This document shows positions 37,734 to 47,461 of a DNA stretch of 64,000 nucleotides, piece by piece. The position numbers and the translations under genes are program-made. Below the pieces are notes generated by a model. That model did not search any database, was not told the origin of the DNA, and saw nothing but the letters and a program-made list of their open reading frames with translations. Numbering within the stretch: position 1 is the stretch's first letter; each line of letters opens with the position of its first letter. This DNA comes from a virus, in IMG/VR virus record IMGVR_UViG_3300049216_000035, positions 1 to 64,000 of that record; one strand, written 5' to 3'.

Positions 37734-38627
37734 CTATTCCCAACGCATCATGATATGGGTCGCCGAGTTACCGCAGGGTCCGCCTGCATATCCACCCGCA
37801 GCCCCAAAACCACTATAGCCATTCTGTAACGGCAAGTATGTATGCGACGCACCGTAGAGTTCAAACGATGTCGGAGTGTAAACCGGATAATCCGACCCGT
37901 AATAAAGAAGAACTCCAAGGCCGGGGTTATACGGAATGAAATTGAAAGGTACGCACTGTAACGTACCGATATTCGTTTCGTTGTTGAGTGTGGAGGAGTT
38001 GTAGTTGAACTGCGTATTCCACACGGGCTGATAACCCGCAACTGGGCCAGAGAACGGAAGGACCGTGCTTACGAGTCCCCCGGCCGGGCGCGTAACGTCG
38101 GAACTACCATCACCATCTCCTACGCAGGCTTGAATGATAATCCCGTCGCCCGTGTCGTTGCCGCTTGCATCCTTCGTGCGTTCAATGTTCAGGAAATAGT
38201 ATGCAAAAATATTCGGGCCTTCGAACAATGCGAGGCTTAGTCTGTTCGTATCGCCCGAGACGTAACAGTTCGAAATCTCACTATTGTCGTGCGATCTCGT
38301 TCCGTTTGATATTGCTTGCGGTAGACCCATGACTTGCCCCGCAGCGTTTGGGGCCGTACTAATAGTGAACGTATAGCCGAGGACGAATCCGGTCCCGCCG
38401 ACGGCACCATAATCTATGCGTAAGTGAACGGGGTACGTTGCTTGGAGACTGTCGGCGAATGAAAATAACTCATAGCCATTGACTTGACCACCTGTCCAGT
38501 CTATCTGTCCGGCGGTCCCGTCCTTGGTAATTCCCACGCTCGTGATATTGGTCCCAATGCGCGAGTTGGTTGCCCATCGCGACGTTAGTGAGCAGTCGGC
38601 CCAGACCTGAAATGCTGAAGTAGACAT
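37734..38627 (-). CDS. virion structural/tail-associated protein (paralog B)
   Basis: 297 aa; paralog of 36836-37729. Confidence 0.65.
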   Translation of the reverse strand: MSTSAFQVWADCSLTSRWATNSRIGTNITSVGITKDGTAGQIDWTGGQVNGYELFSFADSLQATYPVHLRIDYGAVGGTGFVLGYTFTISTAPNAAGQVMGLPQAISNGTRSHDNSEISNCYVSGDTNRLSLALFEGPNIFAYYFLNIERTKDASGNDTGDGIIIQACVGDGDGSSDVTRPAGGLVSTVLPFSGPVAGYQPVWNTQFNYNSSTLNNETNIGTLQCVPFNFIPYNPGLGVLLYYGSDYPVYTPTSFELYGASHTYLPLQNGYSGFGAAGGYAGGPCGNSATHIMMRWE

Positions 38628-38631
38628 AATC

Positions 38632-39582
38632 CTATAGCCAAGTATTCAAGTAAGAGATAGAGACGCTGAAGTTTACGTTCGGATCGCCACCAACGCACCC
38701 AGCTTGAAGCGTCGTTGGCTCTGCGCCGGGGGAGATGAACGGGAAGAAGTACCGGAAATCCAAGTTATTTTGGAAATCGGACGGTTGAATATAGATCATA
38801 CCATTTTGGGGCAGTGCACCGGACGGGGTGTAAACTGCGCCACGCGAACGATATTCTGGGCGGGGATCGCACGTTACGACGAGGGTATCGCCGCCCTTGA
38901 GTGAGAGTTGCGAGAACGTAACGATAATGTGTTCGCCGCCGTAAGTACACTCAACATAGGGGCCGATTCCGCACACGACATTGGGCGCGGAAAGCCCCGT
39001 GAAGGTAAAGACCGGGAACGATAGAGTGTTTCCCTGGTGGGTTGCCGTTACGATGTACGGATCGAGCGTGCTTTCAATGTTAACGGGGCCGTAGCTCGTT
39101 GCGGTGATTCCGTAATAGCGAGGATCATCGGCGATAAACTTTAGATCGTAATCCGCATAACGAAATGCACCACCGTCCTGCTGCGGGTTGAAAGAGAACT
39201 CCGTCAGATATGCGTTCTGGTAGCGATCATAGCGGGTGAATAACGAAGAGCGTCCTTGATTCTGTAGGGCGGCCAGTGCGGCGCGCTCGGTTTCAAGATC
39301 GTCCGCAGTCTGAAGGACGGTACCGCTAATCCCAATCATGCCGGAACCTACTGTCCCGGTCAGATTTATCTCTCGTGCTTTAACATTCGTCGCGGGCGGG
39401 ATGTGGTCACCAATAAGCATCGGCACGCGCTTCTGGTCAACACCGAGCTTGATGTCACGCGATTTTTCTTGGAAGGTTAATGGAAATAGGTACGTCCCGA
39501 ACGCAAACTGACGATACCCAATGAGGGGTACGCCTGGCGTCCAGGTTGACGGATCGACGTATTCAGGATCGTAGAAAGGCAT
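38632..39582 (-). CDS. distal tail (Dit-like) protein
   Basis: Directly after the tape measure; REINLTG, LKFIADDPRYY, GNTLSFPVF. Confidence 0.7.
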   Translation of the reverse strand: MPFYDPEYVDPSTWTPGVPLIGYRQFAFGTYLFPLTFQEKSRDIKLGVDQKRVPMLIGDHIPPATNVKAREINLTGTVGSGMIGISGTVLQTADDLETERAALAALQNQGRSSLFTRYDRYQNAYLTEFSFNPQQDGGAFRYADYDLKFIADDPRYYGITATSYGPVNIESTLDPYIVTATHQGNTLSFPVFTFTGLSAPNVVCGIGPYVECTYGGEHIIVTFSQLSLKGGDTLVVTCDPRPEYRSRGAVYTPSGALPQNGMIYIQPSDFQNNLDFRYFFPFISPGAEPTTLQAGCVGGDPNVNFSVSISYLNTWL

Positions 39583-42500
39583 TAGCCCGGAACCCTACCC
39601 ACTAAAGAACTCATGTTTCGTGTCGCGATCTTTTGCTGACGTGAAAGCTGCTGCTGAAACGCGGTGAGCGCGGGCTGCAGTGCTGCTGTAATTGTATCAG
39701 GATCGGTGCCGTGCACGTTCTCAATGTTGACATTAACCTGCGGCGTAGACGGGGCCCCATCCCCACCAGTTCCTCCCGGCGTAACAGAGTAGCCACCGTT
39801 GACCGTAGTCACGCCATTACCAAACATAGCCGCGAGATTCATATCCCCGGCCTGATCGTTCAAGTTCTGAAGCGATCCGACACTGTTCTGCACGGCCTGT
39901 GCGAACTGGTTAAGAAGCGTCGCTAGGGTCGTATAGCTCTCTTCAACGCCGCCGCCCGTGGTTGCACCCGTAACGGTCTGCTCACCAATGTTCTTACCGT
40001 AAGAGAGGCCGCCGTTCGATCCGCTGTTCTCACCAAAGACTTGCTCCAGTTGGTTGAACATCGGCTGCAACCACGCCGGGGCGTTCTGCTCCGAGCCGTA
40101 TTGCGCGAGCGTGTTCTGAACGGCCTGGATGCCGTTAAGGCCACCGAAGGTCTGAAGATCAGAAGCGGATTCGGTGAACGACTGACCGTTTGCCCCAGCC
40201 GTGCCGACGAGATTCGCGGTACCTTGGCCGTAGTTCTGAGTGTCGGTGATGTCGGGCTCGTCTTTGCCCGGCTTTTTACCAAACAACCCACCGAAGACCG
40301 TCATCGCAACAGTCAGCACCGCGATAGCTGCGCCGACAATGCCGAGGGCGGCGGTATTGGCCGATGTGGCTACCGTATTGCCCGTGACCGCAAGCGAGTT
40401 CCCGCCTGTAACGGCAGTATTTCCAGCCGTCCCAACAGTCTGACCAGTCGTCGCGGCTGTCTGTGCGGTGAGTGCGGTCGTTCCTGTCGTATGCGCGGTC
40501 GTGTTCGTTTGCGTGATCGCGTTATTCTGTTGCGTCGCCGCCGTGTTTTGGGTCGTCGCCGTCGTGCCTTGCGTATGGGCCGTCGAGTTTTGTTGAGTGG
40601 TCGTCGTATTTTGACGGAGGCTCGTGGAGTTGTGTTGGTGCGCTGACGTGTTTTGACGATTAGCCGCAGTTCCTTGCGTAACTGCCGAAGTGTTTTGTTG
40701 GTGCGCCGTATTGCTCTGTTGGGTGGTGGTGGTGTTCTGCTGCGTGGTGGTGCTGTTTTGCGTAGTAGAAGCCCGAGCTTGTTGGAGCGCCGCCGTGTTT
40801 TGGGTAACTGCTTGAGTTTCAGAAGTGACGGCTTGCGTGTTCTGCGTTTCAGCCGTACTCGCACCGCCGCCCGAAGCCGCCTTCTTCGCGCCGCCGAACG
40901 AGTTCTTGAACATGCCGAAGATGCCGCCGCCCTTGCCGAATAGGCCCTGGCCCATGACAACGGACAGAACCATACGGATGCCGAGCAGCGTACCAGCGAT
41001 CTCTCCGAGCTTCACTGCCTGCTGATTGAAGCCGTTGTTGAGGACGTTGGTCTGTTCTTCTTGCTTCGCGATTAGCGGCCCCCACTTGCCATCGTTGTAC
41101 TCGTTCATCGTCGGCAAGTCGTGGGTGATCTGCAAGAGCGGCTGCGCCGTCTGATTCAGATCGTTGAGGTTTGCGTTCAACATGTTAATTCGCTGCACGT
41201 TAATACCGAGCATGCGAATCAGGTCCACGAGGACGTTATACATCGCGAGGAAGACATCGACGCAGCCCATGACGACACCGAGCAACAGATCGACGGCCGG
41301 GCGCAACATGTCGAACACCTGCGCGAGCGCTTGCGAGATTTCCGTCAGTGCACGCTGCACGTCGCGGAACGATCCGCTCTGCGATACAAGCGCCTGAAAG
41401 ATCGCAACAAGCGGGTTCATGCCTGTTACAATGTTCTGGATTGCACCATAAAGCGGACCCGCAACCTGCTGCGCGAGCTTATCGAAACCGGAACGAACCT
41501 GCAGCGTCTGCTGATACGTCGCCATCGTGTCTTGCTTGAGGGTACGCTGCGCGTCCTCCAGATCGTTCGTCGCGGTGATCGCAGCCGTCTCAGCGTCGGT
41601 TAGCTCTGCGCGAGCTTCTGAGATTGCATGGAAATCGTTCGGCGTCTGCTCGAGGACATTGTTCAGTTTCTCTTGAGCGGTGTTCTGATCGTTCTGTGCC
41701 TGGGTGAGCTTCAGCGTCGCTTCTTGGAGGAGAAGCTGATCGTCGGCCGTCTTCTTCTCGTTCTCGTAGTCGGGATCGCTCTTGTCGATTTGAGATTCTT
41801 GCGCCCCCTTACTCGATTTAAGGCTGGCGATCTGCTGGTCGATCTTCGCGTTCGCGAGCTTGTTGCTATCCTCAATTTGCTGGTTCTTCAGCGCGAGGAT
41901 CGCCTTCTCTACTTCGAGACGTTCCTTGGCCGCGTCGCTCATACGCACGGCGACGGCCAGTTCTTTCTCTAGGATCGAGAGCGCCTTGGAATAGCTACCC
42001 GCGAGTTCTTCCTGACCCTTGAGGTAGTCCATCTGGGTCGTGAGGGCTTGTTTACGAATCTCTTGAATCTTCGATTCGTTCTCGTAGACCTTCGATTGAG
42101 CGCCCTGGCCTTCGCCCTTCATCTCGGTTGCGGCGGAAGTGTACTCGCGTTTGATCTTCGGGTCTTTTTGTTCCGAGGCGAGCTTGCTCAGACGCGCGGC
42201 GTCCGCGAAAGCCCTGGCCGCGAGTTCCTGCTCCAGTTGCTTCTCGCGGATCGTATTGGAAATCTGAGCGTTGTAGTACGCTTGGGCAGCCGCCAACTTC
42301 TGCGGTGTATTTATATCGCCCAGTTGTTTGATCGCAGCGTCGAGTTTGGTAGCTTCGAACTCGTTGTCTTTAAGCGCGCCCTTTAGCGGTTCGAGCCCCT
42401 GCTTAATGGCGTCAATGTTTTCACGCGCAGCTTCGCCCGCTTCACCTTTTGCGGGCGGGTTGGTGAGCATGGCGTCGCCATGATAATCGTCATCTTCGTC

Positions 42501-44540
42501 ATCGGTCGGCTTCTTTTTCTTCGCGCCGCCTTTATGTTTGCCGCCGCCCTTGCCGAAATTGTCGTGCAGCTTCTGGAGGTTGTCGGCGAGGTCTTTCGTG
42601 CGATCTGCAGACCATTGGGCCGCTTCCCCAATACCCTTGAGTGCGATGCCGACCGCTTCCATGCCGGGGGCTTTGGAAATGACATCGCCGAGGTATTCTA
42701 AGAACTTCGCAAGGCCACCAAGAACCATCGAAATCCAGCGCATGGTGTTTGCGCCCCACTGTTCGACGGTAGCGCCCCACTTACTCCAGTTCGCGATCAC
42801 CACACCCACAGCGACCGCGATCAGCAGGAAGATGATCTGGATTGCAGCGAGGATCGGATTCGAGAACATGAGTGCGATCAGCCCGAGTCGGAAGGCATTG
42901 ATTGCCCCAATCGCAACCTGAACTGCAGTGAATACGGACATGAATCCCCGTACGAGAAGACCGAGCCCGGCATAGGACGCCAGGATCGTGAGGTACGGGA
43001 TAAGCGTCGTGCCAATGGCAATCGCAATCGCGTTAATCCAGGTGCGGTTCTGCTGGTACCAGTTGACGCACTTGGCGAGCCACGAGATTACAACGGCGAG
43101 TGCGCTCGCAAGCGCCTGGACGACGCCGAGTGCCGCGCTCCATGCATCGTTGCTACTAAGGATCGAAGACGACGCATCAGCGAACTCTTGCAGAACAGGA
43201 GCGAGCGCCTTCGATAGTTCGGAGAGCGCGGGGCCGAGCGTGGAGTCGAAGATCGCCTTAGCTTGCGAGAAGAACTTCTCGGCATTCTGGGCAAGTTGCA
43301 GTAGCGCTTGACCGATTTCGGTAAGCGGGGCGCGGGCGTTTGCGAAGTTCGCCTGCCACGCTGCCGAGAACGTACCAACCAGCGCCACCAAGAGTCGAAT
43401 GGTACCAAGGAATGGTAATAGACCCTCACCCAGCGTGGTGAAGATGCCGGGCGTAAGACGACTCTTGAAGAACTCCAGGGCCTTCTCAGCCGAGAAGAAG
43501 ATCGCCGTAAGCCCCCCGAATACGATACCTAACTTAGACTGAGTGCTGAGACGTTCGAACGCCGCGTAGAGGTTCTGGACTCCCGTGATGACGCGATTAA
43601 TTGCGTCCATGAACGGGGCCACGAAGTCCGCCATGAACGTATCAGCCGTCTGGCTGAGTTGCATCATCTCGACGTGGAACTCGTGGAACTTCGCGAGGTT
43701 CATCTTGCCGATGACCGCGCCCGCGCCATCCGCCGAGGCTTCGAGTTTCTTCAGACCCGCCGAGCCCTGGTCGAGTAATGGTAATAGTTGTGGGCCGAGC
43801 AGTCGGCTAAAAAGGCTGCTGGCTGCTTGGGTCTGTTGCGACGATTCCTTGAGGTTGCGAATCTTGTCCGCGACCATGTTCAAGTTCGTCATCACATCGT
43901 TCCCTTGCATCGCTTTGGGATCGAGGCCGAGTCGTTCGAACTCGGACTTACCATTGTTTGCCGACGCCGCCTGCTCCAGCTTCGCCTGGAATTGGGCGAA
44001 CATACGCTGCGCGCGATCTGACGAAACGCCGACGCTCGCGAACGCATATTGGAGACGCTGAAGCTGTTCTTCAGAGTCTCCGGTTTCGAGGGAGAGGGTC
44101 TTCAGCTTAGTAGCCTTCTGGCCCAGTTCCTCGATCTTCTCTTTCATCGAGTCGAGAAACTTCAAACCCTCATAGGCGAATAGGGTGTTGAGTCCAGAGG
44201 CGAAGTTCTCAACAAACCCGCGACTGGACTCTTCACCCGCTTTAGAAGCCCCTTCGACCGCAGCCGTGTGGACTTTCTGCATACCGTCTTGGGTATGCCC
44301 TTCGAGTTTGTCGGTACCGTCCTTGAAGCCGGACGACAACTGCGACCCGGCTTCGGTTCCGGCAGCCTGGGCCTTGTCGGCCATGTCGGACTGGACGCCG
44401 GACATCGTGTCCGAGATGTTGTCACGCAGCGATTGCATAGCAGAGCCAACCGCCGAGGCCATGTTATTGATCGCCGAGATGGCGTCTTCAACTTTGGCCT
44501 GGAGTTCTACTACTACATTAATCTCTGCGTCGCCAGCCAC
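39582..44540 (-). CDS. tape measure protein
   Basis: 1652 aa, Ala-rich and helical with TM segments; follows the tail chaperones. Confidence 0.9.
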   Translation of the reverse strand: MAGDAEINVVVELQAKVEDAISAINNMASAVGSAMQSLRDNISDTMSGVQSDMADKAQAAGTEAGSQLSSGFKDGTDKLEGHTQDGMQKVHTAAVEGASKAGEESSRGFVENFASGLNTLFAYEGLKFLDSMKEKIEELGQKATKLKTLSLETGDSEEQLQRLQYAFASVGVSSDRAQRMFAQFQAKLEQAASANNGKSEFERLGLDPKAMQGNDVMTNLNMVADKIRNLKESSQQTQAASSLFSRLLGPQLLPLLDQGSAGLKKLEASADGAGAVIGKMNLAKFHEFHVEMMQLSQTADTFMADFVAPFMDAINRVITGVQNLYAAFERLSTQSKLGIVFGGLTAIFFSAEKALEFFKSRLTPGIFTTLGEGLLPFLGTIRLLVALVGTFSAAWQANFANARAPLTEIGQALLQLAQNAEKFFSQAKAIFDSTLGPALSELSKALAPVLQEFADASSSILSSNDAWSAALGVVQALASALAVVISWLAKCVNWYQQNRTWINAIAIAIGTTLIPYLTILASYAGLGLLVRGFMSVFTAVQVAIGAINAFRLGLIALMFSNPILAAIQIIFLLIAVAVGVVIANWSKWGATVEQWGANTMRWISMVLGGLAKFLEYLGDVISKAPGMEAVGIALKGIGEAAQWSADRTKDLADNLQKLHDNFGKGGGKHKGGAKKKKPTDDEDDDYHGDAMLTNPPAKGEAGEAARENIDAIKQGLEPLKGALKDNEFEATKLDAAIKQLGDINTPQKLAAAQAYYNAQISNTIREKQLEQELAARAFADAARLSKLASEQKDPKIKREYTSAATEMKGEGQGAQSKVYENESKIQEIRKQALTTQMDYLKGQEELAGSYSKALSILEKELAVAVRMSDAAKERLEVEKAILALKNQQIEDSNKLANAKIDQQIASLKSSKGAQESQIDKSDPDYENEKKTADDQLLLQEATLKLTQAQNDQNTAQEKLNNVLEQTPNDFHAISEARAELTDAETAAITATNDLEDAQRTLKQDTMATYQQTLQVRSGFDKLAQQVAGPLYGAIQNIVTGMNPLVAIFQALVSQSGSFRDVQRALTEISQALAQVFDMLRPAVDLLLGVVMGCVDVFLAMYNVLVDLIRMLGINVQRINMLNANLNDLNQTAQPLLQITHDLPTMNEYNDGKWGPLIAKQEEQTNVLNNGFNQQAVKLGEIAGTLLGIRMVLSVVMGQGLFGKGGGIFGMFKNSFGGAKKAASGGGASTAETQNTQAVTSETQAVTQNTAALQQARASTTQNSTTTQQNTTTTQQSNTAHQQNTSAVTQGTAANRQNTSAHQHNSTSLRQNTTTTQQNSTAHTQGTTATTQNTAATQQNNAITQTNTTAHTTGTTALTAQTAATTGQTVGTAGNTAVTGGNSLAVTGNTVATSANTAALGIVGAAIAVLTVAMTVFGGLFGKKPGKDEPDITDTQNYGQGTANLVGTAGANGQSFTESASDLQTFGGLNGIQAVQNTLAQYGSEQNAPAWLQPMFNQLEQVFGENSGSNGGLSYGKNIGEQTVTGATTGGGVEESYTTLATLLNQFAQAVQNSVGSLQNLNDQAGDMNLAAMFGNGVTTVNGGYSVTPGGTGGDGAPSTPQVNVNIENVHGTDPDTITAALQPALTAFQQQLSRQQKIATRNMSSLVGRVPG

Positions 44541-44543
44541 GCT

Positions 44544-44969
44544 CTATGCGTCCCTCGTCTTGAAGAGTTCACTCTTCAGTGTCTTTCCGGTTTTGAGACG
44601 GTGCTGTTCCGCGAGTAGCACGGATCGCACGTCTTCCGGTAGGTCTTCCATGTTCATCGCTCGCACTGGGCCAGCGTCGAACCCACCCACGACTTCCGAG
44701 ACAGTCGGAAGCTCGGCGTTCTCTTCCGCCTCGTCTTCATGTCCGACGTAGCCGAGAATGACTTCTTTGATGCCTGCTTCCGCACGCTGTTGCATCTGCA
44801 TCTGCTCACAGTAGAGAAGCAACTGGGCAAAGGTGAGGTCGTCCCAAACCGATGCTTCGCTCCATCCAAAGTGTTTCGAAACAAATGCAACAACGGGGAT
44901 TATGCCGCCGTCAACGCGCTTTTCGGGCTTCCCGACTTGGATGTCGGGCCGCCCGACTCGCCTTTTGGG
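44544..44969 (-). CDS. tail assembly chaperone, -1 frameshift extension (gpGT-like)
   Basis: -1 frame after the slippery heptamer C CCA AAA; HFGWSEASVWDDLTFAQL. Confidence 0.7.
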   Translation of the reverse strand, partial: PKRRVGRPDIQVGKPEKRVDGGIIPVVAFVSKHFGWSEASVWDDLTFAQLLLYCEQMQMQQRAEAGIKEVILGYVGHEDEAEENAELPTVSEVVGGFDAGPVRAMNMEDLPEDVRSVLLAEQHRLKTGKTLKSELFKTRDA

Positions 44970-45451
44970 CCGAACATCTTGTCCAGGGCGTTCTGCTTCA
45001 GGAAGATCGGAATGATAATCTGAAGGTCGAGTAGGATGTCGAGATTCTCTTCGATCCAATCCTTCGAGACGTTGTTACCGCGCTCTAGGATGATCCCGAT
45101 TAGCTCCGGCACCTTTTCGATGTTCGGGCCGATAGCCGAGATAAGATCAGCGAGTGAGATGTTCGTGTTCGCACGGAACAGCGAAGCGAGCGGGAGGACG
45201 ATTTCCTGGATGAGCCCGTAAGCACGGATCATCTGGCGCGGGTTCAATGGCCGGATCACGACCTTGCGGCGCTCGTCGCCGGAGCCAATCCAGACTTCAG
45301 ACGGGTCGGCTTTGATGACTTCGATTTCCTCGGCCGAGGTGAACAACTTGTAGACCCGTTCGGTCTTTTGACCTTGGCCGTTAGGGTTCACGGGTGCCCC
45401 CGGATACGCGGGGCGGGAGACTTCTTCGTCGTCGGGCATTGGTAATGACAA
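44900..45451 (-). CDS. tail assembly chaperone (gpG-like)
   Basis: Upstream of the TMP; ends shortly after the slippery site. Confidence 0.72.
   Translation of the reverse strand: MSLPMPDDEEVSRPAYPGAPVNPNGQGQKTERVYKLFTSAEEIEVIKADPSEVWIGSGDERRKVVIRPLNPRQMIRAYGLIQEIVLPLASLFRANTNISLADLISAIGPNIEKVPELIGIILERGNNVSKDWIEENLDILLDLQIIIPIFLKQNALDKMFGPKGESGGPTSKSGSPKSALTAA
44963..44969 (-). other. programmed -1 ribosomal frameshift site CCCAAAA
   Basis: XXXYYYZ heptamer in the correct phase (GGC CCA AAA GGC). Confidence 0.7.
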
Positions 45452-45493
45452 TCCTTGTTAGGGTGAGACGGTGTGCCATTGATGGCTAAATAC

Positions 45494-45510
45494 AGTATAG
45501 TGAGAGTATC
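45494..45510 (-). promoter_or_regulatory. candidate promoter for the chaperone/TMP genes
   Basis: - strand GATACTCTCAC-TATACT, preceded by a hairpin at 45513-45533. Confidence 0.5.
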
Positions 45511-45650
45511 GACTGCCCAGACTCTATGGGCAGCATAAAGGATTAGCATGAAATTACGCACAGTGGAAGACAACTTCCAACCCTACAGAGAGTCTGTTAA
45601 ACTAGAGAAGTCCCCCGATGGGGAGACGACTTCTAAGGAGAAGACCCCTA

Positions 45651-45968
45651 GTGAACGTGATCGAGAAACAAGCGATCTCAATCGTACTTCAAGCGTTGCT
45701 TGATGCCGCTGCGGCCAATAAGGCCAAGGTACTCGCGTACCTCCAGTCTCAGAACACGACTGTTCTGGAACTCGTCCAGGCTGCGGCAAACAAGATCAGC
45801 CCCGTCGCGGGTGCGGTTGTTGCCACTCTCGGGCCGGAAATTACCTCGTACCTGGGCAGCGAAGAGGATGCGATTTTCGCGATCCTCGTCGCGGACGTGG
45901 CCGCATACCAGGAAAGCCTGGGCGTGACGCTTCCGGCCCCGGTTACGGAAGCCGTTAAGGCCGCGTAA
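45651..45968 (+). CDS. hypothetical helical protein (antisense insertion in tail operon)
   Basis: AAGGAG RBS, GTG start. Confidence 0.65.
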   Translation: MNVIEKQAISIVLQALLDAAAANKAKVLAYLQSQNTTVLELVQAAANKISPVAGAVVATLGPEITSYLGSEEDAIFAILVADVAAYQESLGVTLPAPVTEAVKAA

Positions 45969-46186
45969 TGAATATCGCCGCGCAGATCGCAGCAGCCGTG
46001 CTCGCCGCGATCTTTACCAAGTCCTTCTCGGTGAGGCTCGGCCCTGGTACGCTCACAGCCTCGGATGCGACTGGTGCGCCGCAAAAGCTGACGGTGGCGC
46101 TGATCCTCAAGGCTGCGAGTCTTGCATACGCTAAGCAAACGGCGTTCATCCAGTCCGGCAACGTCAAGCTGACGTATACCGTCTAA
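45968..46186 (+). CDS. hypothetical protein (antisense insertion)
   Basis: TAATG coupling; hydrophobic N-terminus. Confidence 0.6.
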   Translation: MNIAAQIAAAVLAAIFTKSFSVRLGPGTLTASDATGAPQKLTVALILKAASLAYAKQTAFIQSGNVKLTYTV

Positions 46187-46199
46187 AAGACTCAAGGGT

Positions 46200-46242
46200 A
46201 AAAAGAAAGAAGCCCTCGGATCGCTCCGGGGGCTTCTTTCTT
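46200..46242. terminator. bidirectional intrinsic terminator
   Basis: AAGAAAGAAGCCCTCGG-atcgct-CCGGGGGCTTCTTTCTT between convergent genes. Confidence 0.8.
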
Positions 46243-46264
46243 GTGCCAGGACGGCTGTCAGTTT

Positions 46265-47080
46265 TTACGCGGCTGCCGAAACGCCGCCCGGATTGACCAG
46301 GAACATCTCGCCGAGGTTGCCGTAAGCGTCGATGAACGCCATGAAGTCGAGGTCGATGTACGTCCAGTCATCGAGTTTGAAGTCCATCTTGAGAGACGGA
46401 GCCAAGCAGGCATTGAAGCGAACGATGAACTGTTGCGCCTGATTCGTGAAGCTGTTCTTCGCAGCCGTACCGATGAGGGTAAGCTGGAAGGTCGCTGCCG
46501 AGTTCATGCCGACCTGTTGGATGTTAATCGTGTTCGAATTGACATCCATCGCCGGGGTGTAGAGGTAGCTCACGATCACCGTGAGGCCCGCATCCGCAGC
46601 CGCGAACGTCAGAACGCCCGTCGTGTTATTGATCGAGTATGCGCCGTTCGCTTGGCCCGCTGTCGAAGACGAGGCTTCGCTGGACGCCGCCACGCGATTG
46701 TAGTACACCGGGTCGCCCGTCGCGTCTACAACTGCAACGATTTCCGAACCCGCAACGAACGTCGAAGCGTTCGCAAGCGTCACGGTATGCGCCGAAGAAC
46801 CGACCGTCAACGTCTCGCCGATGGCTGCATGCTGTGCGCCATTCGAAAGCGTTCCACCGAGGACCGAGGAAAGCGTCTCCGGCCAGAACGATGCGAAGGT
46901 CACCTTACCCGACGCAGTGCCCTTACCGTCCGCGACGGCAATCGGGTAGCGATAGGGTCCGCGAAGTTCTTTCAGATCGACTTTGAGTTCAACCGAAGCC
47001 GACTGGACAACGCCAAGCTCGACGGGTTGACCACCACCCGCAGGAATCAAGCGGGCACGGCCCGCACCGAAATTAAACAC
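46265..47080 (-). CDS. major tail tube protein
   Basis: FGAG..., LG.VQ.ASVE, KELRGPYRYPIAVA.GK, DFKLDDW; position after the tail terminator. Confidence 0.8.
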   Translation of the reverse strand: MFNFGAGRARLIPAGGGQPVELGVVQSASVELKVDLKELRGPYRYPIAVADGKGTASGKVTFASFWPETLSSVLGGTLSNGAQHAAIGETLTVGSSAHTVTLANASTFVAGSEIVAVVDATGDPVYYNRVAASSEASSSTAGQANGAYSINNTTGVLTFAAADAGLTVIVSYLYTPAMDVNSNTINIQQVGMNSAATFQLTLIGTAAKNSFTNQAQQFIVRFNACLAPSLKMDFKLDDWTYIDLDFMAFIDAYGNLGEMFLVNPGGVSAAA

Positions 47081-47447
47081 TTAGTTCTTCTCCTACGACT
47101 GTAGTGTGACTCGACTCGGACTCGATCCATTCTCGCGCCAGCGCGTCGGCTTCTTTGGCCGTAGCTGGCTCGGGCTTGGGTGCCGTGCCGTCTGAAAGAC
47201 GCAACAGACCATCCGTCTGGTGTGCGTCGAAGGTTAGGCGGTAAACTTCGTCATTGACTGTGACCGAAACGGACTTGGCGAAGTCGAAGTCAGATTCACC
47301 AGTCGCCACGCCATCTTCATTGGCTTTCAAGTTCAGGACTTTGGAACCGCCTCGGCTCGTGTCCTGGATAGCCAGAGTCGCCGTAGCTCCCGCAGGAACG
47401 CCACTTAGCGCAATCTTTTTAGTGCGTGTGTCGGCTGTTAAAACCAT
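47073..47447 (-). CDS. hypothetical virion-operon protein
   Basis: ORF between the terminator and tube genes. Confidence 0.55.
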   Translation of the reverse strand: MVLTADTRTKKIALSGVPAGATATLAIQDTSRGGSKVLNLKANEDGVATGESDFDFAKSVSVTVNDEVYRLTFDAHQTDGLLRLSDGTAPKPEPATAKEADALAREWIESESSHTTVVGEELSV

Positions 47448-47461
47448 AGTCTCTTCACCTA

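Noticed and set aside
33539-38627. Diversity-generating retroelement acting on tail genes
   Set aside because: No reverse transcriptase and no adenine-specific template/variable repeat pair was seen; the paralogs are broadly diverged
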